Assembly: GCA_002633005.1 (NCBI GenBank) | Contig: NMRA01000091.1 | Location: 603,267-667,266, forward strand | DNA from: Phoronis australis | Lineage: Eukaryota > Animalia > Phoronida | DNA: 64,000 bases | Direction: 5' to 3' | In this document: in pieces, positions 1 to 11,650 of the stretch | Layout: every line of letters starts with the position of its first letter | How positions within the stretch are numbered: position 1 is the first letter of the stretch | Translations under genes and position numbers: made by a program | The notes under the pieces: model-generated | The model's input: the letters and a program-made list of their open reading frames with translations, nothing else | The model's database searches: none | What the model was told of the DNA's origin: nothing

Positions 1-338
1 CATCAGACCAGTGCCCCCAAAAAAATTCCATACAAAAAGTACACACACCTAGGTGAGCCCTGGGGGATACCTCTCAAAACTCTCATTTCTGAATCTGATT
101 CAATCCACAGGCTGACAAATTTCTTATTGACTTATAACCTTAAAAGGTTGGGCACTTAAGTTTTGCTAAGCCTAAGCTGCGAACTTCAATTGTATCAAAT
201 TCAAATAAAATCTATGAGCACCTCCCTCAGACTGCTCTTGCATAAACTCCTAAAGCCTCAACTCCCCTTGATCTCACTAATTGTGAGTTATGATGGCAAC
301 GAAATTTCCAAAATTCTAAATTCAAGGAGACCAAATAG

Positions 339-2604
339 TTAACATGGAGGAATCCAGTGATGTTTAACTTGCACACCTGATGAAAATTAAACATTAAGTT
401 TGAGCAAGCAAAGCTTCTACGGCAAAGACAAGAAATCTGTTATTCCATTGTGATAGAGGTTTTAGTAAAATTAAACTTCCACTTATGCGTAATTTGCTTG
501 TTCTTAGTGCTCATTTCATTATATAACACAGAACTTAATTGCACAGGGCACGACCTAGCGAAAATCCCAGGTCGCATTGTCAAAATCCAGCTCACATTCA
601 TAAATGCCAGGTCGCAAAATTTTCCCGCCATTTTTACGTGAAAAAATTGATTGTTTAGAACATCGAGAAAATGTTTAGATTATGCTCTTACCTGCGATGT
701 TTAATACTCACAAATTTCAAGTCGCAAAATTGAGTTCTTACATACAGGTACGCAGGGCTTTATCCAAGATTTTGAAAATAGGGTGTCCAAAATGGGGTTC
801 CAATACTCCAGGGCATCCATGATTCCAATGACGCGTTACCCCTACCCCCACCACCATTCACTAGTAACCCCCTCCACCCACACACAGTCTGGTTTTTTAC
901 AACAAATGTGTAGAACAATTGGCCGGGGGTGTATGAAGAGAGGAAAACAAAACTCCACTAACCACGATTTCGAATCTACTCGAAAAGCTGGCCAAGGCAT
1001 AGAACATTCACCTAGGGAACCTCGAAACAGGAAAATATCAGTTCTGGGCTACACTGGTCCCAGGGAATATCGGAAACTTTAAGTTCATTGTCAGATAAAC
1101 CATTGGCACCCGGGTGCTTAACAAAGCCAAACCAGAATACTCTTTCACTGAGGACTGTATGCGTGAGTTCACGCACTTGAATCGCTGGAGTAGGCCTACA
1201 CTTTATGTTGGCAACAACATGTGACAGATGACTAATATGTCGCGCACGTAGCTCTAGAAACAGGTAAATGGTTTGAGAATTTGTTATTGACACAAAAACT
1301 ACTTTGCTGAAAATGAAGACGTGGCTGTCGGGACCGGCCAGTGCTGCAGTGCAATATCAGGGATATTGTTGCGGATATTTGATAATAAGCGCATCTTAAG
1401 AGAAAAATAAATGTTTTTTCACCACAAAGTTTGGTAAGTTGATCATAGAAACACTGCTGTTTTGTGACATTTTATCACGTGTTAAGCCACGGTCCGAAAC
1501 TTTCTTCGGTGCGTCATCTAGAAATTTGTAAAAGAAGCCGAATATGTTAGCCAATGAAATGCGTCAAAGATGGATTCTGCATTATCCCATGTTCACGCGT
1601 CATGTTGACTAAGTCATTGGGAGGGCTGTTCTCATTAGTGCTCTTCTGAACTTGATTTGGCAACGACCAAATAACGGTCGGATTCAAACGAATTGCTTTA
1701 TATTTGCCAGGTATCTGCCGAGAAGTGTGAAAACTCAGCTCGCATATGCTGGAAATTCCAGGTCGCATTTTGCGATTTGATATGAGCTGGCAAAAACCAC
1801 AGCTTGCATTTCCAAATTTCAGATTGCAAATGCAACCTGCAGCTCGTTATATCAAGCCCTGTTGCAAGAACTGGAGTATCTTACCATCTTTACAATGTGT
1901 ACTAATCTTGCTTGAAGCACAACAGACACTCGGCTTTTGATCAAGATTTCTGATGCATAACCGCACATTCATTGCGGGATATCACCTGCATTAGTAGCCA
2001 GTAACTGATGGTTCTTCGGTTACAAACTACCCTACTTTATAAAGAAACTAGACAGAAAGAGTTTAAATACATTCAAAATCAAATTGACACTGAAGTAATG
2101 TGGTGCGAATTCAAATAACATACTCATTCAATTTGTGATTGTGATGTTTTTTGACATCTTGTGGTCAAGTCACCACTGACACTGGTCGAATGGAAGCACA
2201 ACTATTTGATTTGAGTTGTTCGTACTGATTTCGTAGAGTTCCATACATATTTGAGTAAAAAGTTCCGAGCATACTGATTTTTAGTGCCCAGCCGTTATAT
2301 TTTATTACAGTGAGTGGTGTCGTTGGTGATCGAGAAAGAGATAAACTCAGTCAAGAGCCTGTGATTCAATCAGATGACGATGCAAATCAATGATGACACG
2401 AAAATCGAGAGCCGGGGGATATAAAATAGCTCAACAATATTTAAAAAGGTGTCAATCATTACCTACTACGAGTTAAAGGCGTAAATTTTTATCTCTTACT
2501 GCCTGTAAGCCAAACCTTGTAAGATTAAAAACATGATATACAGCAAAAATTAAAAAATAATGCCTATGATAGTATGAAACCGCTAAACTCACTTGGTCGG
2601 CCAT
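339..2604 (-). other. Putative divergent spliced transcript head-to-head with CHPF; candidate exons >=2604-2593, 2502-2463, 1985-1885, 376-<339; only short ORFs visible
   Basis: Minus strand reads AAAAATGGCCGACCAA|GTGAGT (ATG at 2604, perfect donor at 2592). Acceptor ttggcttacag|GCA at 2503 with donor |GTAATG at 2462. Acceptor tactaatgcag|GTG at 1986 with donor G|GTAAG at 1884. Acceptor ttaattttcatcag|GT at 377. No recognisable protein. Confidence 0.4.
544..1861 (+). mobile_element. Non-autonomous hAT-like (hAT5-type) DNA element, copy 1, with a nested insertion from about 753
   Basis: Ends CAGGGCACGAC...ATCAAGCCCTG, flanked by 5-bp direct repeat TTGCA (539-543 and 1862-1866). Both arms are homologous in reverse orientation to 14680-16514. 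Confidence 0.8.
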
Positions 2605-2670
2605 TTTTCTCTCTGTTCCCAAATCTCACTAAATCACGAATTTTTCTCGCAGACAAGAACCGGAAGTGGG
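2600..2670. promoter_or_regulatory. Candidate bidirectional promoter core with ETS/GABP motif ACCGGAAGTG (about 2659-2668) and YY1-like AAAATGGCCG on the minus strand
   Basis: Motifs lie in the 114 bp between the minus-strand ATG (2604) and the CHPF ATG (2719). Confidence 0.5.
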
Positions 2671-2718
2671 TCAGAAAAGTGGTTGCAAAAAAGAAGTGAA
2701 TTTTGACAGTTAATCGTC

Positions 2719-5700
2719 ATGTCTTTGCGTCGAATCATGTTTAAACTAAAACCGTTTTCACCTGTTGTTTTTGGACTTTTACTGGGTATTGTGTTAAGTT
2801 TGTTGACAGCCCCGCGTGAAGAATCCTGTGACACGTCGATTGTTAGTGATCGCCACGGTCGAGGCAGAAAAACGAACTCTGTCAACGAATACCAGAGGAA
2901 AATCGAATCAGTTGATTATAAGAAACCGGATGATTTCGAGCCTAGGATAAGAACCCAGCCTAAACCTCGTGAACACAAAAATCTGCCTAAGAAGTTTATT
3001 CGTCCTCGCTACGCCTCTACAGAACTCGGAATTCGTGAAAAACTATTTGTGGCCGTATTGTCCTCTTCACTCAGCGCTGGTGCTGCCCAAAATAAAACGC
3101 TGTCGCACTTCATCAGGAAACTTGTTTACTTCACAGACAGCGAGAAACCCAAAAATAACATTGGAATGTCTGTTGTAACGATCACAAATCGAGAACAACC
3201 TCTCACCGTACTAAAGTACATTTCTGACCGATATCCCAATGCCTATGATTGGATATTTTTAGTAACCGATGACACCTATGTGAGGGGGGAAAAATTGATG
3301 GACTTTGTCAGTGATATCAGTGTGAGCCGGCATTTGTATGCAGGGTCCTTGCAAAATGGACGTGCCTGCTCGATTTCAAGTGGTGTAATTCTGTCACAGG
3401 TACATTAATTCCCTAAAATGCTGCAGTGTGTTAATTTGAAACCTGTTCCTTAGTATTGCAGCATTCCTGCAAAAGTAATTTCATACATAACAGGGCCAAT
3501 CTTAAAAACCTCGGAGCACATAACCGGTGTTAGGTTGAATCAAGACTGTATTAGTACAATTGCATACATTTAGTTGACAAATTGTGGAAAACATCAGTAT
3601 GAAATTTTATGCTGATATCAAGTTGCTTGATTGTGTTTCATGAACTCAACTGAGGTGAATCCAATTTTGTTAGTGTTGATTATATCACTAAAAGAACTAG
3701 GAGTACATTTGTGGTGTTTCTTCATCAAATTGAAGTTTGGAAACTACCACATTGGACTCCTAAGTTGTTTGTTCTTTGTATGTGTTTTATTTTTCAGTCC
3801 GTCCTGAGTAGTGTAGTTTCTGATGCCACATGGTGTTCAAAGAATGCCAACTCCAAGGACCCATCTACCAACTTGCAGACATGTGTCCGTCACGCTACAG
3901 GACTGCAGTGCACAGATCTGGTAACATATCGACGTGTTATTAAATTCCACGTGACAGGGCTCTATGCTTTAGCATTAGGTCAACTGACCAAATGCGGTCT
4001 GACAAAATTCCCAGAGTGCGACATGGGAACTGGGGTCACCAAAATATAATGCGAACCCTTTATGGGGAAGGGCGAGGGTTGGAAAAGTCCTGGTGTCTGT
4101 AAGTGATGCATGGTTGTCAACAAAATCTGAGGTAGTATTGATGAGGCGCAGGTCGCTAAATCGAGCTCTGCTTGAAGTACATGAATCCTTTTAAGTTAGT
4201 TCACGGTATTTTGTATTGAGCTGCAATCCTGTTCTAAACTATTACAGTTTGCGAGTGATCCTCACTGGCTTTGATAACCCATCATTCATTTTCCCCTGTG
4301 GGAAACAGAGATGACTGATAGTAATGACACTGTTTGCAGACTTTCTGTCTTGCAGCACAATAGGTTGCCTTGGCTTGTGCACATGATAGCCTAGTTTGAG
4401 CTAGGTTCTTTTGAAATCTTTTAAATGACCCTTCAGAACCGAGAAACACTTGAATGAGTTAGGGAGTGCCCCAAAATGAGCTTTGTAAATCGTCTGCTCT
4501 CGACACGAGCAAATGATGCTTTGGAAATCAAATTCTACTGTTGTTACCAAAGCAGATATGGACAGTTACTTTCCTCATCCGTGTTGCCCACTAACCTGAG
4601 ACTAAGATTATGTAAAGAATTAATCACAAGGTAGTCTCGGGAACAAAGCAAACGAAGGTCAATGTTCGATTTATAAGCAAGGTGGTATCAGCAACTTGGC
4701 TTTACACACATGCTTGGATGTTCATTTTATAGGATGGTTCATTCAAGACTGCAGACAACCGTCGCTTTAAATTAACCTCTGATGTAGCTTCAGAAGAGAG
4801 CTCAAGTGATCTTGATGAAGTATTGACTGTGGGAAACATTACTGAAGACATGGAAATGTATAAAACACACAAGTAGGTGTACTGTAGCTTTTTGAATTGA
4901 ATTTAAAGTGTAATGATCGATTCATTTTCACAAATTTGTCATTTTTGAGTTTTTTTCAGTGAATTTTAGTTTTTGATTAACTTTGACTAACTAAATGTTA
5001 TTATTTGAGCGTTGTTGGTAATCCTTTCCCCACACATTCTATATATTACCCTGTCTGCATATGACCACTGCTTGATGAGTAAGCATGGTTTACAAGCCAA
5101 GATAATGCTTAGGAGATAATCGAGTTTCCCAATTGCTTCACTGTCCCGCTGTTCCTTGTATTGCCTGTTTGTTATGCATACAGTTGGTTATAATGGTTAT
5201 TTGGTTATCATTAACTTTGTGATGGAAAGAAATGAAAATTACAGTGAAAAGTCACAGAGAGGTGATGGACTGGACACCCAATCAGAACAGAACTATGGCA
5301 TGAAATCTGATGAAGCTGATATTTCCTGCGTTAACTTTTCACCTCTTGGCATGGCCTTGTGTGTTGTCTGTACTGTTGTTTAATATAAAGTGTGATCACA
5401 CAGAACATTATTTGCTTGATATGTCTCTGTTGGTTGAAGAAACCACGCTTTTGTCTCACCACATTCTATTAATACTGAACTGCATTTTCTTTAGACTCCA
5501 ATGAGCAAATCGGGCTAATTATTACAAACTTTTTGGAAATTGCGCGCTTGTTATGAACCACAGTAATTGATTTTTTTTCTTGATGCAATATGATTGCATC
5601 TGCAAATAACATTATCTTTATTTACTGTTGTTCATCAAGCTGATTTTCCTTAAATTTTTGTGCTAATTTCCTTTTGCTTGATGCATGGCGCCGGACTTCA

Positions 5701-8700
5701 TTGCGAATTAGAACTACAGTCAGAGTTCAAAACTTTGTCGACAAAATCATGCCTCGAGGGTGACCAGAGAGCTGGTTTTTGTGCAACCTTCAGTCCCTGG
5801 CATCAGGTGGAAAGTTTCTACAATGAGCATAATTCATCTGTCCAACTGCTATAGTTGTTTTTCTAGCTATTCACAGGTGGCGATGGGGAAAAGCTACATC
5901 AACTTACATGCCTGAGGAATGCACATGTGGTTTGAACTTTGAGCCGTCACCAGAAAATTTGTGCTATTGTAAAAATGCACTTTAAGTAGAATCCTGCCCA
6001 TTTACTGTCAGTCGAGAGTTGTCAGTGTATGCATTGGAATTTGCCTGATAACGACAAATAATCCGAGAAGGAAATGCCTCAAAGGACATAACCAGCTCAA
6101 CAGATTGACACTGGGTTTCCACTTGGCCTTTTGTGATTCACTGCACCTTGGGGTGATGGTAATGGTTATGTCATATTTTCTGTTAGTCAACTGTTCCTTA
6201 AATCTTATCTTGCCTCAGGTATTTTTGTGAGCGAGAGTTGAAGGAAACGCGTAAGCTACTGGAACACACCAAAGACGAAATTTTGACGTTGAAGAGGACT
6301 GCTCCAGGACCTTTACCATCATCATGGCCCATCGGTAAAGTAGACTACAAGATACTTTTATATAGTGTCACTGGAAGTTTTTATGTTTCAAAATGATAAA
6401 TGTCGGCACACCACCAGGTTGTGCTGAGCAAAAACAGGAAAGTTCAGCTCTTGTCAGCTGTGCCAATGTTATGCTTCGTCCAGTATTTTATCGCATTTGG
6501 GCCATAAAGGTAGACTGCAGAACTGTCAAAGTAGGTTTCAGTTAAATCGTCTGCTAACTCGGAGGCACCCTTACTAAAGTGTTCCTCTGAAGCCCAAAAA
6601 CAACAGCGTTACCATTAGCTGGCTATTTAAATTGTGTTGCCTGCTTTGAGTTTAGTAAAGATATCACACTAACGGGAGTTACTCGTGAACCATTTTGTTC
6701 ATTTTGGTGAAGGACATTTATTTAGAGGCACGTAACCTACTGGGGTGATGGGGAAATCAAACCCGTTGTGGTGTTAAGTCTTAAGTGTTCTATTTGGCAC
6801 AAGTGTTAGAAAGTTGGATTGGGGCTTTCAATGTGAGTGTGTTGATTTTGATTGGCAGGTGTGGAGAAACCTTTCAAGCCTGAGACAAGATTTGATGTTC
6901 TTCGATGGGACTACTTTACAGAGCATGAGATTTTCTCCCAGGATGAATTCACTAATGTTACTCCGCTTGAAGGTAGGCTGATAGTTGGAAGTTGAATCTA
7001 GTCATTTGAGAAAGTTAAGTTACAATGAATCATCTGTCATCTGTCATATTTTATTTGAAACCTCACTTATTGCTTAGGCTCTACAACTATCCTTTTAGTT
7101 GTTCAAGACACATTAAATTGAAATTGAAACCACCCTCGCAACTGTCTTAATTGAAAAAATGCAAATTTTGTCCGAAATTTAGGAGATTTTATGATATTCA
7201 GTTGAGTAGTTACCAGTCCTGTGTATCATATCATTAATCTGTATCATGATGTGTGATTCAATGGACCATTCCTAGCGATGTCTTGACAGGCAAAGTACCG
7301 TACAATTTATTTCTTCTAGTATTTATGGTGTCGCTACGGATATGTGCAAATAAGTTACAAGCAGCTTGGCATGTTCATACAAGACAACGTGAGCAAATTG
7401 TGAAAAAAACAGTCTTCGACCGTGGTTGTCACTTGATCAATCAGGACCGTAGTTGTCTGCCTGTGCTGAACTAAAACTTGAGCGGCATACATTCATCTTG
7501 ATGTCATGTGTAACAAAACGTGTCTAATAGAAAACTTGCTGCCAAAATACTCGAATATTTGTATGTGATGTACTTCCACTTTGAAGCTGTCATTTGTTCA
7601 TTTCATGTTAAAAGTATTTCAAAACCAATATTATTCACAGACTAGTAAACAGTGCTAGACTTTATTAGCAGTAGGAACTGATCTAACTGTTTTCACATTG
7701 AATGCATAATTATATCCTGGGTACATTTGTTTTATAATGATTGACATAGGGTCTAACATTAAGTAGTATGTTTTGTAGCATGTAGTCTTGTATGTGAGGC
7801 ATGATCTGCCACAATTGCTTTGTGAAAATCTTGTTCTCACGCGAAACTTTGGAGGTGCATCATACTAAAGAAACATTATTACGAATTTCAGGTGCCAATA
7901 AGCAGGACATTGAAGATATTGTCAAAGTGGCGAAAGACAAATTGAACTCTAAATACAATGGTCGCTATGCTGACCAACACCTGGTAAATGGCTACCGTAG
8001 ACTGGATGCCAATCGTGGTATGGAGTATATCATTGATCTTGGCATGAACGATCAGGTGACGGGTAAGGAAGTTGTGCGACGTGTCCAGCTGGTGCGTCCA
8101 CTAAGTTTCGTAGAATTGGTGCCTATGCCTTACGTGACGGAGAGCACTCGCTTGAACTTGGTTGTACCGGTGACTGTGAGCAACCGTGATGCTATGGCTA
8201 AGTTCCTGGAAGGCTACGCCAAGATCTCGCTGGATGCTGGAGATAACACCAACTTACTGATTGCACTCATATACCCATCGACGGCGCACAAGAAGTCTTC
8301 AGACGAGGACTTGTTTGCGGGTCTCAAATCGTCAATTACGTTTTATGAGAACAAGTACCAGAATGGTGCCCAGATCACCATGGTGACCATATACAAGACC
8401 AACCCAAACCAGATCGACATTATGGATGCTGTGTCTCGGCAGTTTCCAATGACAGCCCTGTTGGTGCTTTGTTCCTCCTACATGGAGCTGACCATTGATT
8501 ACCTTAACCGTGTGCGCATGAACACTATACACAAATGGCAAGTCTTCTTCCCCATTCCTTTCCAGCAGTATAAACCCAACTTGGTCTACAGCCAAACTCC
8601 CACGCCATCTACAGTGAATGTGAAGAAAAACCATGGCTACTTTAACACGCATTCATTTGATCACTGCTCATTTTATAACGCAGACTATGCGAGCGCTCGT

Positions 8701-8940
8701 GGCTCAATAGTGCTTGCTGATGACTTGTTTGATATGTTTGTACGGTATAAGAAGTTGCACGTGTTGCATGCTGTCGAGCCTGGACTCAGACTCCGTTACC
8801 ACAGCAAACAATGCAACCCCCAGTTGTCAGAGGTGGTTTATCAGAGGTGTCTCCTGGAGCGATCAGAAGGTCTGGCTAGTCGTTCGCAACTGGCTAGATT
8901 GGTGTTTGATCATCAGGTTAAGCACAGTGGTGGATTTTGA
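2719..8940 (+). CDS. CHPF: Chondroitin polymerizing factor (chondroitin sulfate synthase 2 family), 740 aa; exons 2719-3399, 3798-3920, 4733-4872, 6219-6334, 6859-6972, 7892-8940
   Basis: N-terminal TM anchor. Family motifs RPRYASTELGIREKLFVAVL, WPIG, RFDVLRWDYFT, LVNGYRRLDANRGMEYIIDL, PMPYVTE, RMNTIHKWQVFFPIPFQQY and EGLASRSQLA. C-terminal domain lacks a DxD (LCSSYM), as expected for CHPF rather than CHSY1. All introns GT-AG; phases sum to 2223 nt. Confidence 0.93.
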
Positions 8941-10304
8941 TTGATTAGGCTTCTCGCAGCTTTTCTAAGGCAATAGCATTTGTTGGTTGTCTATTATGTT
9001 TTACTGAATAGTTTTAGTGGCCTTATATGAGTACTAGAATTGTTTAATTTATATTGAGCTGTTGGGATTTAGATCTTTTTTTCCCTTTTTTCCCAGTATT
9101 ACGAGCATTTAAGGAGTGGTAGATTGAATCACCCTATTTTGTGCAATAGTGTAGTATTATAGTTTTAGCTCAACTGAATCACAGATATGGTGCTAGATCA
9201 ACTTTGTTTATGAAAACTTCACTGTTTTATTTTCTCTGGATGCAATTATGGACGTAGTGTGCCATAGATTCTTTGTGGTCTCTGATCTTGTGGAAAGGTT
9301 ATCCTACGTTATGGAATGAGTTTTTTGCATTTACATCATCAGTTTGTAGGTTGGAGGGCATTGATTAAGTGGGTGTAAAAGAAATTGCAACATAGTGTTA
9401 TTTACTTGTGGCTGTTATTTGAATTAAGATAATTATGTTTCACTAACTTGTATTGCCCCTTGACTTCCATGGTAGCCCACTTTTTCCACATATTTTTTAT
9501 AAATAAACTTCGGATTTTTGGATATTGTGTTGCCTTTATTTGCTGGTTTCAAGTATGTTTTGAAACAAGTTCCTGACCAAAACTGTTCTTCAAAACTCTT
9601 TAATATTGCCAGAAATGAATGGATCATTTGAAGAATAAATTTTTTGTCTAGTTGGAGAACGTTATTGTAGACTTTAGACCTGGTAAGTGTCAATCAACAA
9701 CTCGGCCATTCTTAAATGCACTGCAGAAAACGCTAACAAGACGTTCTCGGCTACCACTGGTGCTGACGACCACCGTGAATCCGATGGACTTTTAACTGCG
9801 AGTGAGGCGGTCGAAAATACGAGTGGAAAAAGTAAAGATTCGAGCAGAAAGTTGGCGCCACTCGTACGCCGCCGAGTGGCCGTCCGGTGTTTTATGTCGT
9901 CTAACTCGTATTTTCGAGCGGGCTTATTGATGTGATGATTACTGACGTTTTGACAACTGTCATATCTGATTGCTTGTCACGGAGTTTCTTTTAACTGGCC
10001 CCTAGCCAGCCTTGCTCAGGGGGTGGTTCGAATTTCTTGAACGTTGGTTTTGATATTTTGCAAACGTCGACACTGGAGTTTTCATTAAGGCCTCCAGTTT
10101 ACGCAGCTTATGATGATCAGGGGGAAGAAAATTTGTATACACAAGGACGACTCTCGGCTCTATGTTTCTGAGATGAGACGGGATTAGTAATACCAGAGAT
10201 GAAGAGATATATGGCACGATATAGGGCAAAGTGACACTGTTGGATGAGGATGTCGTGATGGTTGCTCGCTAAGAACGGGACTCAATTCTTATGTGATGTG
10301 ATTC

Positions 10305-10380
10305 ACACGGCAATATCTCACGTAATCTCGCGAAGTCTTACTCTTTAGCAAGGTCCTAGCGTTACTGAGCGAGAGACAGG
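10305..10380 (+). mobile_element. Partial copy of the 150-bp CWG-TSD MITE family
   Basis: CACGGCAATATCTCACGTAATCTCG...GGTCCTAGCGTTACTGA is shared with 53078-53227 and, reversed, with 14833-14983. Confidence 0.7.
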
Positions 10381-10405
10381 TTCATCATGATAACGTTACG
10401 TGGTG

Positions 10406-10570
10406 CATATAGGTGGATCCAAGGGAGGGGGGGTCAATTGAGGGGTCCGGACCCCCTTCTTCCTTTCTTGATATGACATCCAGCGAATTTTCAAGTTATT
10501 GAAAGCCCCCGTCTTAAAAATCCTTCATCCGACCCCGCCCCTTTTTAAAAATCATGTATCCGTCCCTATG
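10406..10570. mobile_element. Short G/C-run-rich non-autonomous element with GGATCC-type inverted ends
   Basis: CATATAGGTGGATCC...GTATCCGTCCCTATG imperfect inverted termini; no clear TSD. Confidence 0.45.
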
Positions 10571-11190
10571 GTCTAAATCAAAAGTTAAGTTGAGTTGTGA
10601 TGGAAATTCACCGTGACTTCGGAGTCCCGTACTGTCATGCAGATCAGCTCAGTAGGCTACTCGTGGAGGAGGTAACAGGTTGGGTTACTCATTCTCTGGA
10701 TTTACTTGAACAGCTAGGGGGGATGACGGACTGGAAAATGATTGTTCACGAATTTCCGGCCAAAGAGCACGCAAGCTTTTATTATTAGCCGTCTCTATCC
10801 AGTCTTTAGGCTGTCGGTAATCCTGGCCACAGCAGTGGCATTGAAAAGGACTCGAATGATGAACTTTCAGGAGTAAATTCCTATCGTTACAGCAACTTGC
10901 ATCAATGATATGCACGTGCTCATGAAAAAAATCTTATCACAGAGCAACAGAAAGATGATTGCCGTCACCTTGCAATAAACTGATAAACGAAACTGTTTCA
11001 TTACTGCTTATTCGGGCTTCTTATATATTTCTTCGTATGTCTAGTTGATTTATATTTATGCATCTAGCTGTTGAACAATTATATTGATTGTTTTGATAAT
11101 AAACTTCATATATATGTGTAGGGGACACCACGATGTAAAAAAACTAAATTATTTACTTTTTCGTGTCACCGCAGATCGGTTGTCCTATAT

Positions 11191-11276
11191 TTAAAGGCGA
11201 ACTGAGGCAACCTTTTTTCATCTGCCATTTTTTCCAAAATTGAGGTTCGTTGATTATCCCAGACATATTTTTCACT
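11191..11276 (+). mobile_element. Solo Kolobok TIR fragment related to the 61341-63281 element
   Basis: TTAAAGGCGAACTGAGGCAACCTTTTTTCAT...TTATCCCAGACATATTTTTCACT aligns by eye with TTAAAGGCGAAGGCAACCTTTTTCCAT...TTATCCTAGACATATTTTTCACT at 61337. Confidence 0.75.
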
Positions 11277-11427
11277 GGGACCATTGTTAAATAAGTTAAT
11301 CAATCATTCAATCAAAAACCTGCCACTGCTGTTCAGGTAGCTCATGAAAGATCCGTTGTTTCGTGGTCGGTTGCTGTTTTAGCGATTACTTGACGGTGGT
11401 CACGGTGCTAGATATAGTAAACTACTG

Positions 11428-11545
11428 TCAGATTGGACAACCCCCGTCCCAAGACCAACCTCAACGCCATTGGTCAAAATTATGGAAGTCTCACGTGAAG
11501 AAGATATTTTGTAACGTCACTATTACAATACGCATGCGTAGAGAA
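11428..11545 (+). promoter_or_regulatory. PSME3 proximal promoter motifs (two ATTGG/CCAAT boxes, CACGTG, CGCATGCG NRF1-like)
   Basis: Motif cluster 100-220 bp upstream of the PSME3 ATG. Confidence 0.4.
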
Positions 11546-11650
11546 GACGACAGGGGTACACGCTCAGAACGTATTTTAGCATACATACTGCTTTTATTTG
11601 TCGTTTGGCTGGTTATATTTTAAAGAAATTGACGGTATTTAACGTCCAAA

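Noticed and set aside
1-1946. Ornithine decarboxylase antizyme (TCT-TGA-T at 1946-1940 and TGGTCTGATG at the window start, minus strand)
   Set aside because: No exact TCC-TGA site or GP.W.S/D.P context, and the +1 frame stops after about 30 codons with no antizyme similarity.
2593-2604. Calmodulin start (MADQ)
   Set aside because: No LTEEQIAEFKEAF exon or EF-hand sequence follows within the window.
8332-8944. Antisense and alternate-frame ORFs over CHPF exon 6
   Set aside because: Shadows of the real coding exon.
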